From: a virus
Length of the DNA: 64,000 nt
Direction: 5' to 3' (one strand)
IMG/VR virus record: IMGVR_UViG_3300031344_000086
Coordinates: 4,671 to 68,670 of that record
Part shown: positions 49,743-59,694 of the stretch, piece after piece
Numbering within the stretch: the stretch's first letter is position 1
Layout of the letters: every line of letters starts with the position of its first letter
Position numbers and translations under genes: made by a program
Notes under the pieces: model-generated
What the model saw: only the letters and a program-made list of their open reading frames with translations
The model's database searches: none
What the model was told of the DNA's origin: nothing

Positions 49743-50123
49743 ATGACAACTCATAATATGACCTCCATTATAAACTGTAATACTTGTGGTGGATATCAAT
49801 CTGGTGCAATAAATATGAGTTGTACTGTGCCTATAAAATTATGTTCTTGTTCTAATTATTATTCTAATTGTAGACAGGGCTGGATATGTTCAAGGTGCAA
49901 TAAGAGCCTATCTCCTGATACAAAAGAATGCGATTGCTCACAAGAGCAAGGGTGTTATCAGTTCATACCGTATGTTCCATGGTATCCGTATACGCCGGTA
50001 AATCCTTGGCAACCATTCACACCTATCAACCCATCATACCCGTTTATACCCGTTTACACCTATAATCCGTTGCAACACTGGGATATGACAATAACTTGTT
50101 CTACATATACCATAAATTCATAG
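49743..50123 (+). CDS. Cys-rich protein with Pro/Tyr repeats
   Basis: GWICSRCNK...ECDC; PYVPWYPYTP. Confidence 0.55.
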   Translation: MTTHNMTSIINCNTCGGYQSGAINMSCTVPIKLCSCSNYYSNCRQGWICSRCNKSLSPDTKECDCSQEQGCYQFIPYVPWYPYTPVNPWQPFTPINPSYPFIPVYTYNPLQHWDMTITCSTYTINS

Positions 50124-50181
50124 GAATAATTTTACATAAATATGCGCATAATAAGTTATTTAATTTAGACATAGGAATAAA

Positions 50182-50331
50182 ATGTTTATAAAAAACGGTG
50201 ATCTACAGCCTATATCAATTGTTGAACCGTCAAAGATTGACGAGAAGAATGCTAAACAACAATTGAAAAAAGTATTAAGTGAAATGGAAAAAGAAGAATT
50301 GGAAAATAACTCAAAAGAAAGTAAAAAATAA
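50182..50331 (+). CDS. small hypothetical protein (49 aa, MFIKNGDLQPIS...); not in the ORF track
   Basis: AGGA RBS; its stop abuts the protease start. The N-terminus resembles that of the protease (MFTKIGEL). Confidence 0.55.
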   Translation: MFIKNGDLQPISIVEPSKIDEKNAKQQLKKVLSEMEKEELENNSKESKK

Positions 50332-53300
50332 ATGTTTACTAAAATCGGAGAGTTGTCATCATTAGATGGTTCTAGCATTCAATCAGAAGAATCAGTGTTT
50401 GCAGATCCGTCAGTTGATGAAAGATTTAAAAAGTTTGCTACCGAGCTTCGAAGAGTTGCTCCGAAGGCAAATGATTTTCTTTATTTTTCAGCAGTTATGC
50501 TACATAGCGCTGAAGCTGCATTAGTCAACGCAGATGGAACAGCAAAACTTAATTCTCGTGGTGAACAAGTAAAAGCTCACTGGGAGAAAAAAGGTGATAG
50601 TTGGAAATGGGTATGTTCAGACGCGCACGTACGCCCACTGAAAAACTCAAATGGTGATATCTTTCCAGAAGAAGAATTGCTTAAAGCTTATAAATTATGG
50701 ATTGGTAAACCATTATGTGTTGATCATAAATCAAGTCAAGTAGATGCAATTCGTGGAGTAATTTTAGATACATATTATGATCGTACATTTAAACGAGTGA
50801 TCGGGTTATGTGCATTAGATAAAATATCATATCCTGAATTAGCTCGCGGTGTATCAACTGGATATAAAACAAGTGTATCAATGGGTACCGCAGTAGGTAA
50901 AGCTATATGTACTGATTGTGGAACCGTTGCTCGTACTGAACACGATTTTTGTTCACATATGCGCTCGAAGTCTTGTTATGGTGAAATTAACGTTGATTTA
51001 CAACCGATTGAGCTTTCCATTGTAGTTAATGGAGCAGATCCGCAAGCAAAGATACGTACTATTCTTGCTCATGCACAAGAAATTAATAATGCTCTTGACG
51101 AAAGCGGAAAAAAAATAAATCAAATGATCAATGAAGAAATTGATCCTGCTAATAAAATTAACCAAATGATTGGTGAAGAAATTAGCAAACCAGCGTTAAA
51201 AGCAAAATTAGACAAACTTATGGCAGAACATCACAAATTAAAGCTAGAAATTGCCGAACTTGAGAAGATGTATGCTCAAGCGCCAGATACAAATACAGCA
51301 ACAGATCATCAATCATGCGGAACGGAATCTAGCCCAAGCGATGAAACAAATCAAGAATCTTTTGGATTAAATTTACCAGAACGATTCGCATCTAATAATA
51401 ATACATTATTAGATCAGGTAAAGAATTTAATGTCTTCGGTAGAAGGAAGACTTAACAATATGGAAACTGCACTACATACATTAACTAACAAAGAGGATAC
51501 TATGTCAAAGGATGCAATGAATAAAAAAGAAGCTTATTACCAAGGTGCCGGTGGCGTTAACGAACCAACCCCAGGTCAAAAGAAATATCCTGTTGATCCA
51601 GCGAATGAGAAACTTCGTATGGAAGATAAGCATATGCAAGGCGAATCTCCATTCCCAGAAGTTGGCGCCATTGATGGACTTCATCCTTCCCCAGAGTCAG
51701 CTGATCAAAAAGATGAGCTCGAACGCAAAAAAATGTTAGCTCGTGCAGAACGACGCAACGCTGCCCTACAAAAGGCTAAGGAGAATGTTATGAAAACAAA
51801 AGAGGCTTATTGGAATGGTGGCGGTGGCGTTAACGAACCAACACCAGGTAAACAAAAATATCCCGTTGATAACCTTGAATACGAACTTCGTGAAAAAGAA
51901 GATAAGCAAATGGTTGGACAAAAACCATTCCCAGGAGTTGGCGATGTAGAAGGTCTACATCCATCACCTCTATCAGCTGATCAAAAAGACGAACTTGCTC
52001 GTAAAAAGCTTCTACAACGTGCATCGCTAAAGGCTCGTTTCGTTCGCACTGCTAAAACAGATGGAACAAATGATCTTGGTAATAGTGCATGGCAGGTGTT
52101 CGCAAAGAACGAAGACGGTGAAAAACTAGTTTTCACAGCATCAGTTAATGAAATAACTGGGGGTCGCAGTGATGTTCTTTTTGATATGGTTGCAACAAAA
52201 GAATTCGGCACAAAAATGCTAGAAAAAATCAGAACAGTTGGTTTTGAACAAGCAAATGCAATTTACAAAAAAGGTCAAGCAGTAGCAGCACCAGGTGGTG
52301 CTCCAGGTGCAGCAGATGCCGGTGGTGCAGGTGCAGCTCCAGCAATGCCAGATATGGGTGCTCCAGCTGCTCCAGCAGATGCGGCTCCAGCAGGTGATGA
52401 TGCTAAACCAGAAGATCAAGGTGGTAAAGGTGATCCAAAAGATACAGCTATGAAATTAGCTGAAAAAGTTCGCGATTACGCTTCTGATTTACTTGAAGCA
52501 GTTCGTTCACTAACAGGTGAGCAATCACAAATGGGTGATATGGAACAAGGTTTAGAGGCTATGCCAAAAGCAGCAAGTCAAGTTCTTGCTCCAATGTACA
52601 AATCACGTCGTGAATTAAATTCTGGTCTTCTTTCAGGTGCAAAGAAATCTCTTGCAGAACTAAAAGATCATCACGATGAACTAAAACTAATCGCAAGCAT
52701 TGTTGAAAATCTATCAGAAGCAAATAAAGATTACGCTAATACAGTTGTAGAAGATGCTTTTGCAGATGCAAAGAAAGCATGCAATGATGCAGAAGTACTT
52801 CTAAAATCATTCTCTTCATACGTAAAAGGTGTCGCTGGTCTTAATAAACGAGCTGAAGAAGCAAAACAAGCATCAATGTTCTCTTTTGCAGAAGACGAGG
52901 ATATGAATGATGCTCGTAAAAAGGCAAAGAAAGACAAAGAAGAAAAAGCCTCTAAGGAAAAAGCTTCTAAAGAAAAAGCCGAAAAAGAAGACAAGGCTGA
53001 AAAAGAAGAAGAGGAAGAAGACGAAGATAAGTCTGATGCAGATGATACCAATGCATTCATGGGTGATACGTTTGAACAAGCTGATAAACTTGATAAAACA
53101 CAACCAGGTGATGAGTCTTGGGAAATTCCAGGTCGTGGTGATAAAAATGACCACATGGATCATCCAGAGCATGATGACGGCGAACTTGGTTTAGAAGATC
53201 TAGATCTTCCAACAGATGGTGATGATGGTGAAGAGCATGAAGATGCAGATAAGCCAGTCTTCGATATGGACGCAGACGATCAAAATGATACAATGGTTGA

Positions 53301-54114
53301 CCTTCCAGCTGGAGCGCCAGTTCCAAATGGAGCAAAAGCAGTGGAGACAAAGATGGCATTCGATTTAACAACAAAAGAAGGTCGTACAGCTTACCGAGCA
53401 AAATTAGCTGCTGATGCAACTGGTAAAGAAGATGATGGTGAGATTCAATCCGTCGAATCTATGAAGCATAGTGATATGCTAGATGAAGCCAACAAACTAA
53501 CCGATGGTCAGACACAACTTGATGTCAAACCTTCAGATAGTCTTGGTCTAGTTGAAACAAAGCCAGAACAACAAAAAGCAGATCTAGAAGTAGCACGCGC
53601 AGAACCAAAAGTTCGCAAAGAAGCTGAACGTCTAAATCAACTAATCTCTGAAGGCAAAGTTAAAGTTGCAGAACTTGATTCACTAATTGCACAAGGTCTA
53701 GATTCAGAGGTTGTTAAATACTGGAAACAATACTGGGGTCAAGCTGGCAAAGAAGGTTCAGAGTTTGCTAAGCTTCTAACAACCGAAACAATGAAAGCAA
53801 AAGCACAAGAAGAAATTGCTGCTCACAAAGTCAAGCTAGGTCGTGCATATGAACTAGCAAACGAAATGGTTCGTCGTGGTCTATGTGAAGATGAACGAAC
53901 CGCTATCGCAGGTCAAGTTGATCAAATCATGACATGGAACGATGAGGGTTTTGAAAGCATGAAACGAGTTATTGCAAAACATGCACCAAAATCATTGAAA
54001 AAACAAGCCATGCCAGTAGTTGGTCTCAAATCAGAAGAAATGTTCTCTGAACAATCAACAGAGTCAGGTCTTCAAGATGAACTAGAAAACGCATTCTCAG
54101 GCAGAAAATACTAA
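50332..54114 (+). CDS. prohead (capsid maturation) protease fused to a long scaffold region
   Basis: NSNGDIF..EEL, KPLCVDH, SVSMG, Zn insert CTDC..CSH, IELSIV..GADPQAKI; then coiled coil, repeats and acidic regions; located between portal and capsid genes. Confidence 0.8.
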   Translation: MFTKIGELSSLDGSSIQSEESVFADPSVDERFKKFATELRRVAPKANDFLYFSAVMLHSAEAALVNADGTAKLNSRGEQVKAHWEKKGDSWKWVCSDAHVRPLKNSNGDIFPEEELLKAYKLWIGKPLCVDHKSSQVDAIRGVILDTYYDRTFKRVIGLCALDKISYPELARGVSTGYKTSVSMGTAVGKAICTDCGTVARTEHDFCSHMRSKSCYGEINVDLQPIELSIVVNGADPQAKIRTILAHAQEINNALDESGKKINQMINEEIDPANKINQMIGEEISKPALKAKLDKLMAEHHKLKLEIAELEKMYAQAPDTNTATDHQSCGTESSPSDETNQESFGLNLPERFASNNNTLLDQVKNLMSSVEGRLNNMETALHTLTNKEDTMSKDAMNKKEAYYQGAGGVNEPTPGQKKYPVDPANEKLRMEDKHMQGESPFPEVGAIDGLHPSPESADQKDELERKKMLARAERRNAALQKAKENVMKTKEAYWNGGGGVNEPTPGKQKYPVDNLEYELREKEDKQMVGQKPFPGVGDVEGLHPSPLSADQKDELARKKLLQRASLKARFVRTAKTDGTNDLGNSAWQVFAKNEDGEKLVFTASVNEITGGRSDVLFDMVATKEFGTKMLEKIRTVGFEQANAIYKKGQAVAAPGGAPGAADAGGAGAAPAMPDMGAPAAPADAAPAGDDAKPEDQGGKGDPKDTAMKLAEKVRDYASDLLEAVRSLTGEQSQMGDMEQGLEAMPKAASQVLAPMYKSRRELNSGLLSGAKKSLAELKDHHDELKLIASIVENLSEANKDYANTVVEDAFADAKKACNDAEVLLKSFSSYVKGVAGLNKRAEEAKQASMFSFAEDEDMNDARKKAKKDKEEKASKEKASKEKAEKEDKAEKEEEEEDEDKSDADDTNAFMGDTFEQADKLDKTQPGDESWEIPGRGDKNDHMDHPEHDDGELGLEDLDLPTDGDDGEEHEDADKPVFDMDADDQNDTMVDLPAGAPVPNGAKAVETKMAFDLTTKEGRTAYRAKLAADATGKEDDGEIQSVESMKHSDMLDEANKLTDGQTQLDVKPSDSLGLVETKPEQQKADLEVARAEPKVRKEAERLNQLISEGKVKVAELDSLIAQGLDSEVVKYWKQYWGQAGKEGSEFAKLLTTETMKAKAQEEIAAHKVKLGRAYELANEMVRRGLCEDERTAIAGQVDQIMTWNDEGFESMKRVIAKHAPKSLKKQAMPVVGLKSEEMFSEQSTESGLQDELENAFSGRKY
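51524..52023 (+). repeat. two ~75-aa internal repeats in the protease/scaffold
   Basis: KEAYYQGAGGVNEPTPG...GLHPSP.SADQKDEL.RKK.L.RA occurs twice (about 51524-51747 and 51796-52023). Confidence 0.9.
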
Positions 54115-54134
54115 ACGGTAAAAAGGATAAACAA

Positions 54135-54650
54135 ATGAAAAACGTAGATCTATCTAATAGTATTGCTGCCGATATGGATAAAGTATTAAATAGTGATGAG
54201 AATAAGCAGTTATTCTCATCCGCCTCAGTACTAGAAAAACTGGCATTCAAAAAAGTATCCGAAGACGATAAAACAACTGAAGTTGAAGTTGAGCTTGAAA
54301 ATGCTCTAACAAAGAACGCTTCAGCAGAAGTTGACGAAGTTGTATCAGAAGATGATGTAGTTGCTATGCTATTACAAGCATCAGAAGATCTTGATACTCT
54401 TGGTTTTGACAAATTAGCTTCGTACAGCGCGCTTATAGCTGACAAACTAATGGTCGAAGCAAAAGCAAAGGCTAAAACAAAGTCTGATAAAAAATCAGAC
54501 AAGAAATCAGATAAGAAATCTGATAAAGCCAAATCTGATAAAAAAATGGATATGAAAGATCGCATGAAGAAAATGCGTGAAATGCAAGGTAAAGGAAAGA
54601 AAGATTCCAAAAAAGAAGATAAAAAAGATTCAAAGAAATCCTCTAAATAA
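54135..54650 (+). CDS. internal head protein with Lys-rich (KSDK)n tail
   Basis: Acidic N-half, helical module, basic repetitive tail. Confidence 0.65.
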   Translation: MKNVDLSNSIAADMDKVLNSDENKQLFSSASVLEKLAFKKVSEDDKTTEVEVELENALTKNASAEVDEVVSEDDVVAMLLQASEDLDTLGFDKLASYSALIADKLMVEAKAKAKTKSDKKSDKKSDKKSDKAKSDKKMDMKDRMKKMREMQGKGKKDSKKEDKKDSKKSSK

Positions 54651-54659
54651 TCGGAACAC

Positions 54660-55481
54660 ATGTTCAATAAAAAAGATATATCATCAGAGTTAGCTGAATC
54701 AATGGCAAGTCATCTCGTTGGTAATACCATCGAGAAACGTGCAGAAGATTTAAATAAGTTTGCGACTGCAATTGATCATATCAGTGATGCAGCAGAAACG
54801 TTTGATAAACTTGGAATGAACAAAGAAGCTGAAGCACTAACTACATTACTAGAAATAATAGCAGGTAAAAAATCAAAGAAAAAATCTAAACCAAGTAAAT
54901 CCAAAAAGAAGCCATCAAAATCAAAGAAAACTGATTCGGCAACAAAAGGATTAACCGGTGAAAAAATGGTTGATAACCTAAAACACAAAGGTTGGGTTTT
55001 CAATGCTGATGATCAAAATAATGGAAATGACCATACAGATGGTTGTATGTGCAGTATGTGTATGGATGTAAATGATGTTCGTCATGGTGATGATTGCGTA
55101 TGTTCAATATGTATGAAAGATGACGAGAATGATGTAAAGCATCATAATAAATCTGAGAATAAAAATCATTATTGGGACGGGCACTCTCGTGATGAGTGCG
55201 AAGAATGGTCTACATGCCCACAACATCGTAATCAGTCTAATACAAAAGAAGATGAGTGGTATCGACACTGGGCAGATAAAGATGATAAAAACGATCACTT
55301 CGATACAGAAGAAGATGCTGGATCTCATATAAATAGAGATGATAATTGTCATATAGATATAGAAGAAAGCGAACCATTCGATTTTAGTGATACTTCAATA
55401 GATAGAAATCATAGCGATGATGATGTGAATTATGCAGAAATGTTCAAGCAATTTAATAATGATTTTGAAGATGAAGTATAA
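54660..55481 (+). CDS. internal head protein with basic patch and His/Cys/Asp-rich tail
   Basis: HTDGCMCSMCM / HGDDCVCSICM repeats. Confidence 0.65.
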   Translation: MFNKKDISSELAESMASHLVGNTIEKRAEDLNKFATAIDHISDAAETFDKLGMNKEAEALTTLLEIIAGKKSKKKSKPSKSKKKPSKSKKTDSATKGLTGEKMVDNLKHKGWVFNADDQNNGNDHTDGCMCSMCMDVNDVRHGDDCVCSICMKDDENDVKHHNKSENKNHYWDGHSRDECEEWSTCPQHRNQSNTKEDEWYRHWADKDDKNDHFDTEEDAGSHINRDDNCHIDIEESEPFDFSDTSIDRNHSDDDVNYAEMFKQFNNDFEDEV

Positions 55482-55506
55482 AAATTAAGGGAGTAAAGAT
55501 ATGGAG

Positions 55507-55538
55507 AGCGAGGAAATTTTATGGTTTCCTCGCTTTTT
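55507..55538 (+). terminator. Rho-independent terminator
   Basis: AGCGAGGAAA...TTTCCTCGCT followed by TTTT. Confidence 0.85.
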
Positions 55539-55591
55539 GCTATTTAGAGTTTTATTTTTGGTGATATATAGTTATTGAAAGGAACAGAAAT

Positions 55592-56284
55592 ATGTTTAGA
55601 TTAGTTCAAGAAAGCAATCAACTTCCTTATAGTTGGCAGGTTGATCCGAGTGCAGAGTTTGAAGCTGGAATGATAGCTCAACTAACAGTTATTGGTAATC
55701 AGGTAATGGCAACAGTTAGTAATGGTAGCGCCCCCATTGGTATCATAGATGACCAGAAAACAAAAGCATTTACCAGTAATGCTTGGGACGAATCCATAGT
55801 TATTCCAACGACCGGTGTAGCCGGGCCTAATAATACAATCGTTACGCCAGTTGACATAAAATGGGAACTCAATAATCCAAATGTTGTTCCAAATAGTTTT
55901 ATATCTATTCCGGTTGAGGTTCAATTGATTCCAAGAAACGGCGTAATAGTATTCCCAGCTGGTACATTATTGAATTATGATTTATTAGGAACAGGCGAAC
56001 CTAATGCAATTAAAACAAATGTTAGATATGCATATCAGATTCCAAATATAATTGGAGACGATAGCACGTTCGCATCACAGCGTATAACGGTTTGGTTCGG
56101 TCGTTTGATTGGTGAAACAAATATGTTTGAGGTAAATCAGATATATGAAGTTAACGCTAATTTATTCGTTAGTGAGTTGGGGCTGCTAACAACCAGACAA
56201 CCAGCTCCTAATTATCCAGCTATGGCTATAGTTACAGCTCCTCCTACCCCAATGTCATCAACTCTTCAGTTCTTATGGCTATAA
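55592..56284 (+). CDS. putative capsid decoration/cement-like protein (paralog of 62158-62865)
   Basis: Beta-rich; shares T.AS.+.TVW and GLLT segments with 62158-62865. Confidence 0.5.
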   Translation: MFRLVQESNQLPYSWQVDPSAEFEAGMIAQLTVIGNQVMATVSNGSAPIGIIDDQKTKAFTSNAWDESIVIPTTGVAGPNNTIVTPVDIKWELNNPNVVPNSFISIPVEVQLIPRNGVIVFPAGTLLNYDLLGTGEPNAIKTNVRYAYQIPNIIGDDSTFASQRITVWFGRLIGETNMFEVNQIYEVNANLFVSELGLLTTRQPAPNYPAMAIVTAPPTPMSSTLQFLWL

Positions 56285-56346
56285 TAAATAATTGATATCT
56301 ACCATTATTTTCTCATATTATTAGCCTACACCATCGGAGCAGATAT

Positions 56347-57465
56347 ATGGTATATACATTAAAAGATATAAAACATTTAGAAACTATTGCCAATCTTCAA
56401 TCCAAAGAAGTAGAGCAATCAAAACCTATTTTTGTACAAGCTGAAGATACTTCGCTTACAGCTACAATATTAAAATTATGCAATAAACTTCGTGCTGAAG
56501 GTCATAATAAATACGCGGAGTCAGTAGAAAATAAGTTTGTTAATTACAAAACTGCTGGTGTTCACTTATATCAAGCACACAAAGAAACTGGTGAAGATTT
56601 AGTTGATCAAGCACATCCAGATGGTGATAATAAAATAGTTTCAGATGTATCAGATAATAATGGTGATGTTGAAACTATTGTATCTAAACATAAAAAAATT
56701 GTTGATATTGTTAATAAACAACCAACTGGAAAATTAGCATCATATGTTGAGCAATGTAAAATTGCACTTGGTCAATCCATCACTATGCCAAAAACAATAG
56801 ATACAATGAATATTCGAGAGTTAATAAATTCTGCCAATGAAGATATACAAAAAATATATAATATGATTGTTAAATCAGGAGGAATAAGTTCTATAAGATT
56901 ATCTGATATAAGAGATAGAATGTCTTTAATATCTAACTTAGTCAATACGCCTATTAAAGATATGTCAGCTGATGAAATCAATAAAGCCGTATCCGGAGTA
57001 TCTGCCATATCACAATGGCTACATCCAAATTTACTTCATAATTATTTACCAGATTTAATAAATAAAGGAGTTAGCACTGATGAATTATGGGATAAAATAT
57101 CTGGAATTTTAAATGGTGCAACTTCAAAATTAAAATCAGCTATATCTAAATTAGTTGATGAACAATATAAGGATGAGCCAAAAGATAATGTATCAGTAAA
57201 ACAAAATCCACAAGCTGATAGCATAACAGAAAATTTTCAATCAATGATGGCGTTAATAACTCAGTTAGAAAGCCAAGTTAATAATGGTAAGTCTACTAAT
57301 AAAGCTGCGCAATTAGCTTGGTTAGATCAGATGAATCAAGCTGTTGGTGATAAGATGGCTCAATATTCATCTATTCAAAATAAAGAACCTGTTGCAAAAG
57401 AATATACAGATTTATTGGGTCAAGTTAAACAAAGATTAGATGCTTTCAAATCAAAACTCGGTTAA
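56347..57465 (+). CDS. putative internal virion protein
   Basis: Helical module plus YKTAG, GKLAS and CKIAL motifs; late promoter. Confidence 0.6.
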   Translation: MVYTLKDIKHLETIANLQSKEVEQSKPIFVQAEDTSLTATILKLCNKLRAEGHNKYAESVENKFVNYKTAGVHLYQAHKETGEDLVDQAHPDGDNKIVSDVSDNNGDVETIVSKHKKIVDIVNKQPTGKLASYVEQCKIALGQSITMPKTIDTMNIRELINSANEDIQKIYNMIVKSGGISSIRLSDIRDRMSLISNLVNTPIKDMSADEINKAVSGVSAISQWLHPNLLHNYLPDLINKGVSTDELWDKISGILNGATSKLKSAISKLVDEQYKDEPKDNVSVKQNPQADSITENFQSMMALITQLESQVNNGKSTNKAAQLAWLDQMNQAVGDKMAQYSSIQNKEPVAKEYTDLLGQVKQRLDAFKSKLG

Positions 57466-57467
57466 TT

Positions 57468-58568
57468 ATGAAAAATAAAATTAATAAAATAGCACAAAAT
57501 ACTCCTCAAAATATTCCAGATTATTTTGAAGGAACTAAGCCGTCAGAAGTACCAGCAGATTTTGTTGGACCAACTCAACAAGGACAAGCAGCACCAGCAG
57601 CTACTCCTGCCCCCGCTACACAATCTACTTCACAATATCCTCGTTCACAGTCAATTCAAGAAATGCAAACTGCTCTTCAAAGTCTCTATGGTGCATTCAA
57701 GAATTACCCAATGTTTAATAAAAAGCCAGACTATCGTGAACAAGACAAAGGTCAACGCGGCGCGGAGTACGGAGAAAACTACGAACATGGTAGCGATTCA
57801 TTTTTGACAACTATGATGAACCGACATGTAAATAAATCAGATATGGTTGGCACGGCAGATATGTCAGTGCAAGGTGCTCAAGCAGGTAAATCAGCAGATT
57901 TAATAAAACTATTAGAATCACTAAAGACATTCGGCAAAGGGCTTAATAAGCCAGATGGTGCTTGGGGACCGTATACAAATAATGCATTAAAAAATCTATA
58001 TGCTATAACAAAAGCGATGTTAGAAATGTTAGCTAACCTACATGTAAAACAAGACGTTTATACAAATAAAGATTTAGAAGAATTAAAATCTAGTATACCA
58101 GAAGATCCTAAACAAAATCAAAATCCAGATGAATCTGCTACAACTATAACAAAAAATATAGCTAAAGTAAAAATGCTACTTGGAAGTTTTGTAAATGGAA
58201 CTACTGGTGAAAATAGTCAACTTGCTCCATATATAAATCAACAAAAAGCTTTTGAGACATCATTCAATAAGAAACCAATTAATTCAAGAGCATTAGTTGG
58301 ATATAACGTTGCTCAATCACAAGTTCCAGTTCTAAATATACAGGTTCCAAAAGATCCAATGCATCCCGAACAAGGAACAGTTCCACTAGTATTAGGAAAT
58401 CTTGCAACAGCACAAGATTTTAAAGAGTTTGTTGATAGCTCTGGTATTATGGTTGATCATAAAAAACCAACAGATAAAGAGTCTATGAATAAGATAATTG
58501 AAACAATAGAAAATAAAATAAAAGCGGTTAACACTAAAACCCCAGCAACAAATGAGCCCGGATACTAA
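57468..58568 (+). CDS. putative internal virion protein with peptidoglycan-binding-like motif
   Basis: NKIAQ leader; KPDGAWGPYTNNALKNL resembles the PG_binding_1 DG..G..T..A motif. Confidence 0.55.
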   Translation: MKNKINKIAQNTPQNIPDYFEGTKPSEVPADFVGPTQQGQAAPAATPAPATQSTSQYPRSQSIQEMQTALQSLYGAFKNYPMFNKKPDYREQDKGQRGAEYGENYEHGSDSFLTTMMNRHVNKSDMVGTADMSVQGAQAGKSADLIKLLESLKTFGKGLNKPDGAWGPYTNNALKNLYAITKAMLEMLANLHVKQDVYTNKDLEELKSSIPEDPKQNQNPDESATTITKNIAKVKMLLGSFVNGTTGENSQLAPYINQQKAFETSFNKKPINSRALVGYNVAQSQVPVLNIQVPKDPMHPEQGTVPLVLGNLATAQDFKEFVDSSGIMVDHKKPTDKESMNKIIETIENKIKAVNTKTPATNEPGY

Positions 58569-59694
58569 TATGACTTTTTTATATGATGAACAGATACTAA
58601 AAGAGTTCTCTAAATTATTAGAGCCAAAGATTGCGCAACAAGCACCGCAACAAGCTTTTACGCCTGCTCAAATGCAAGATGTTGCATTAAAATTGTTAAA
58701 TAACATCAAAACAAGCTATTCACCAATAGAAGTTCCAGAAGGCGCTCAGTTATTCTCAAGAAACGCACAAAACCTTAATGAACTAACAATGTGGATGCTC
58801 AATAATAAGGTTAAGTATAATAACCACCCAATTGTATTACATGATAAGTTTCAATTAGATAAGTCGGTTCAATATACAGAATTTAATAATGCATACGTGT
58901 GGAAGGATGGATTAGTAGAGTTCCTAAAAGATTTACAAAATCAAGCAAAAGATAGTAATAATAATTTATTTATGCAACATGTTAATGGATTAATATCTGA
59001 TGCAAATAAAGATTTACAAGCAGGATTAGCAACAGAAGAAGATGCTAAATCAACAGGCGAAACAAAACAAAATCAACCAACACAACAAGGTCAACCAACA
59101 GCTCAACAAGATCAATCTGAACAAGGTCAATCTCAACAAGGTCAGGGTTCAGCAGTACAAAAAGCCGTATATGAAACACAACAAGTACTGAAACAAAATA
59201 CTGGTTCTGATAGTTTCGAATTACCATTCGATGTTGATACTAATGATGTAGATATTAAACGAATGAATAATTTTGCTCGTCAAATAGGTTTTACGTTTCA
59301 AACGGCAATTGATCAAAGTAAATGGGGAATTATGAACTCACAAGTAGAACAGGTACTAAGTTCTATCTCTAAATGGTATATAGTCGCAACGCCAGAAGCA
59401 AAACAAGGTGGGTTCCAGCTCAGTATAAATACAAATATAGATTCTTTCGTAAATACATATGCTGATAAAGATTATACTAAAGCATTAGCAATGTTGAATA
59501 ATTTAATACCATTATTACAGGTAACTCATAATTTATTAAATACATTACTAGCAAGTAAAACATATGTACAACTTTCTAATGGTGCGGGAAATTTAACCAA
59601 TCAAGCATCAAGGGCACAAGAAATGATTACTTGGGCTCAACACTGGATATCACGAATAGAAGATATTTTACGAAACAATGCCGTTAGGAAATAA
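58552..59694 (+). CDS. putative internal virion protein
   Basis: PKIAQ leader; Gln-rich linker. Confidence 0.6.
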   Translation: MSPDTNMTFLYDEQILKEFSKLLEPKIAQQAPQQAFTPAQMQDVALKLLNNIKTSYSPIEVPEGAQLFSRNAQNLNELTMWMLNNKVKYNNHPIVLHDKFQLDKSVQYTEFNNAYVWKDGLVEFLKDLQNQAKDSNNNLFMQHVNGLISDANKDLQAGLATEEDAKSTGETKQNQPTQQGQPTAQQDQSEQGQSQQGQGSAVQKAVYETQQVLKQNTGSDSFELPFDVDTNDVDIKRMNNFARQIGFTFQTAIDQSKWGIMNSQVEQVLSSISKWYIVATPEAKQGGFQLSINTNIDSFVNTYADKDYTKALAMLNNLIPLLQVTHNLLNTLLASKTYVQLSNGAGNLTNQASRAQEMITWAQHWISRIEDILRNNAVRK

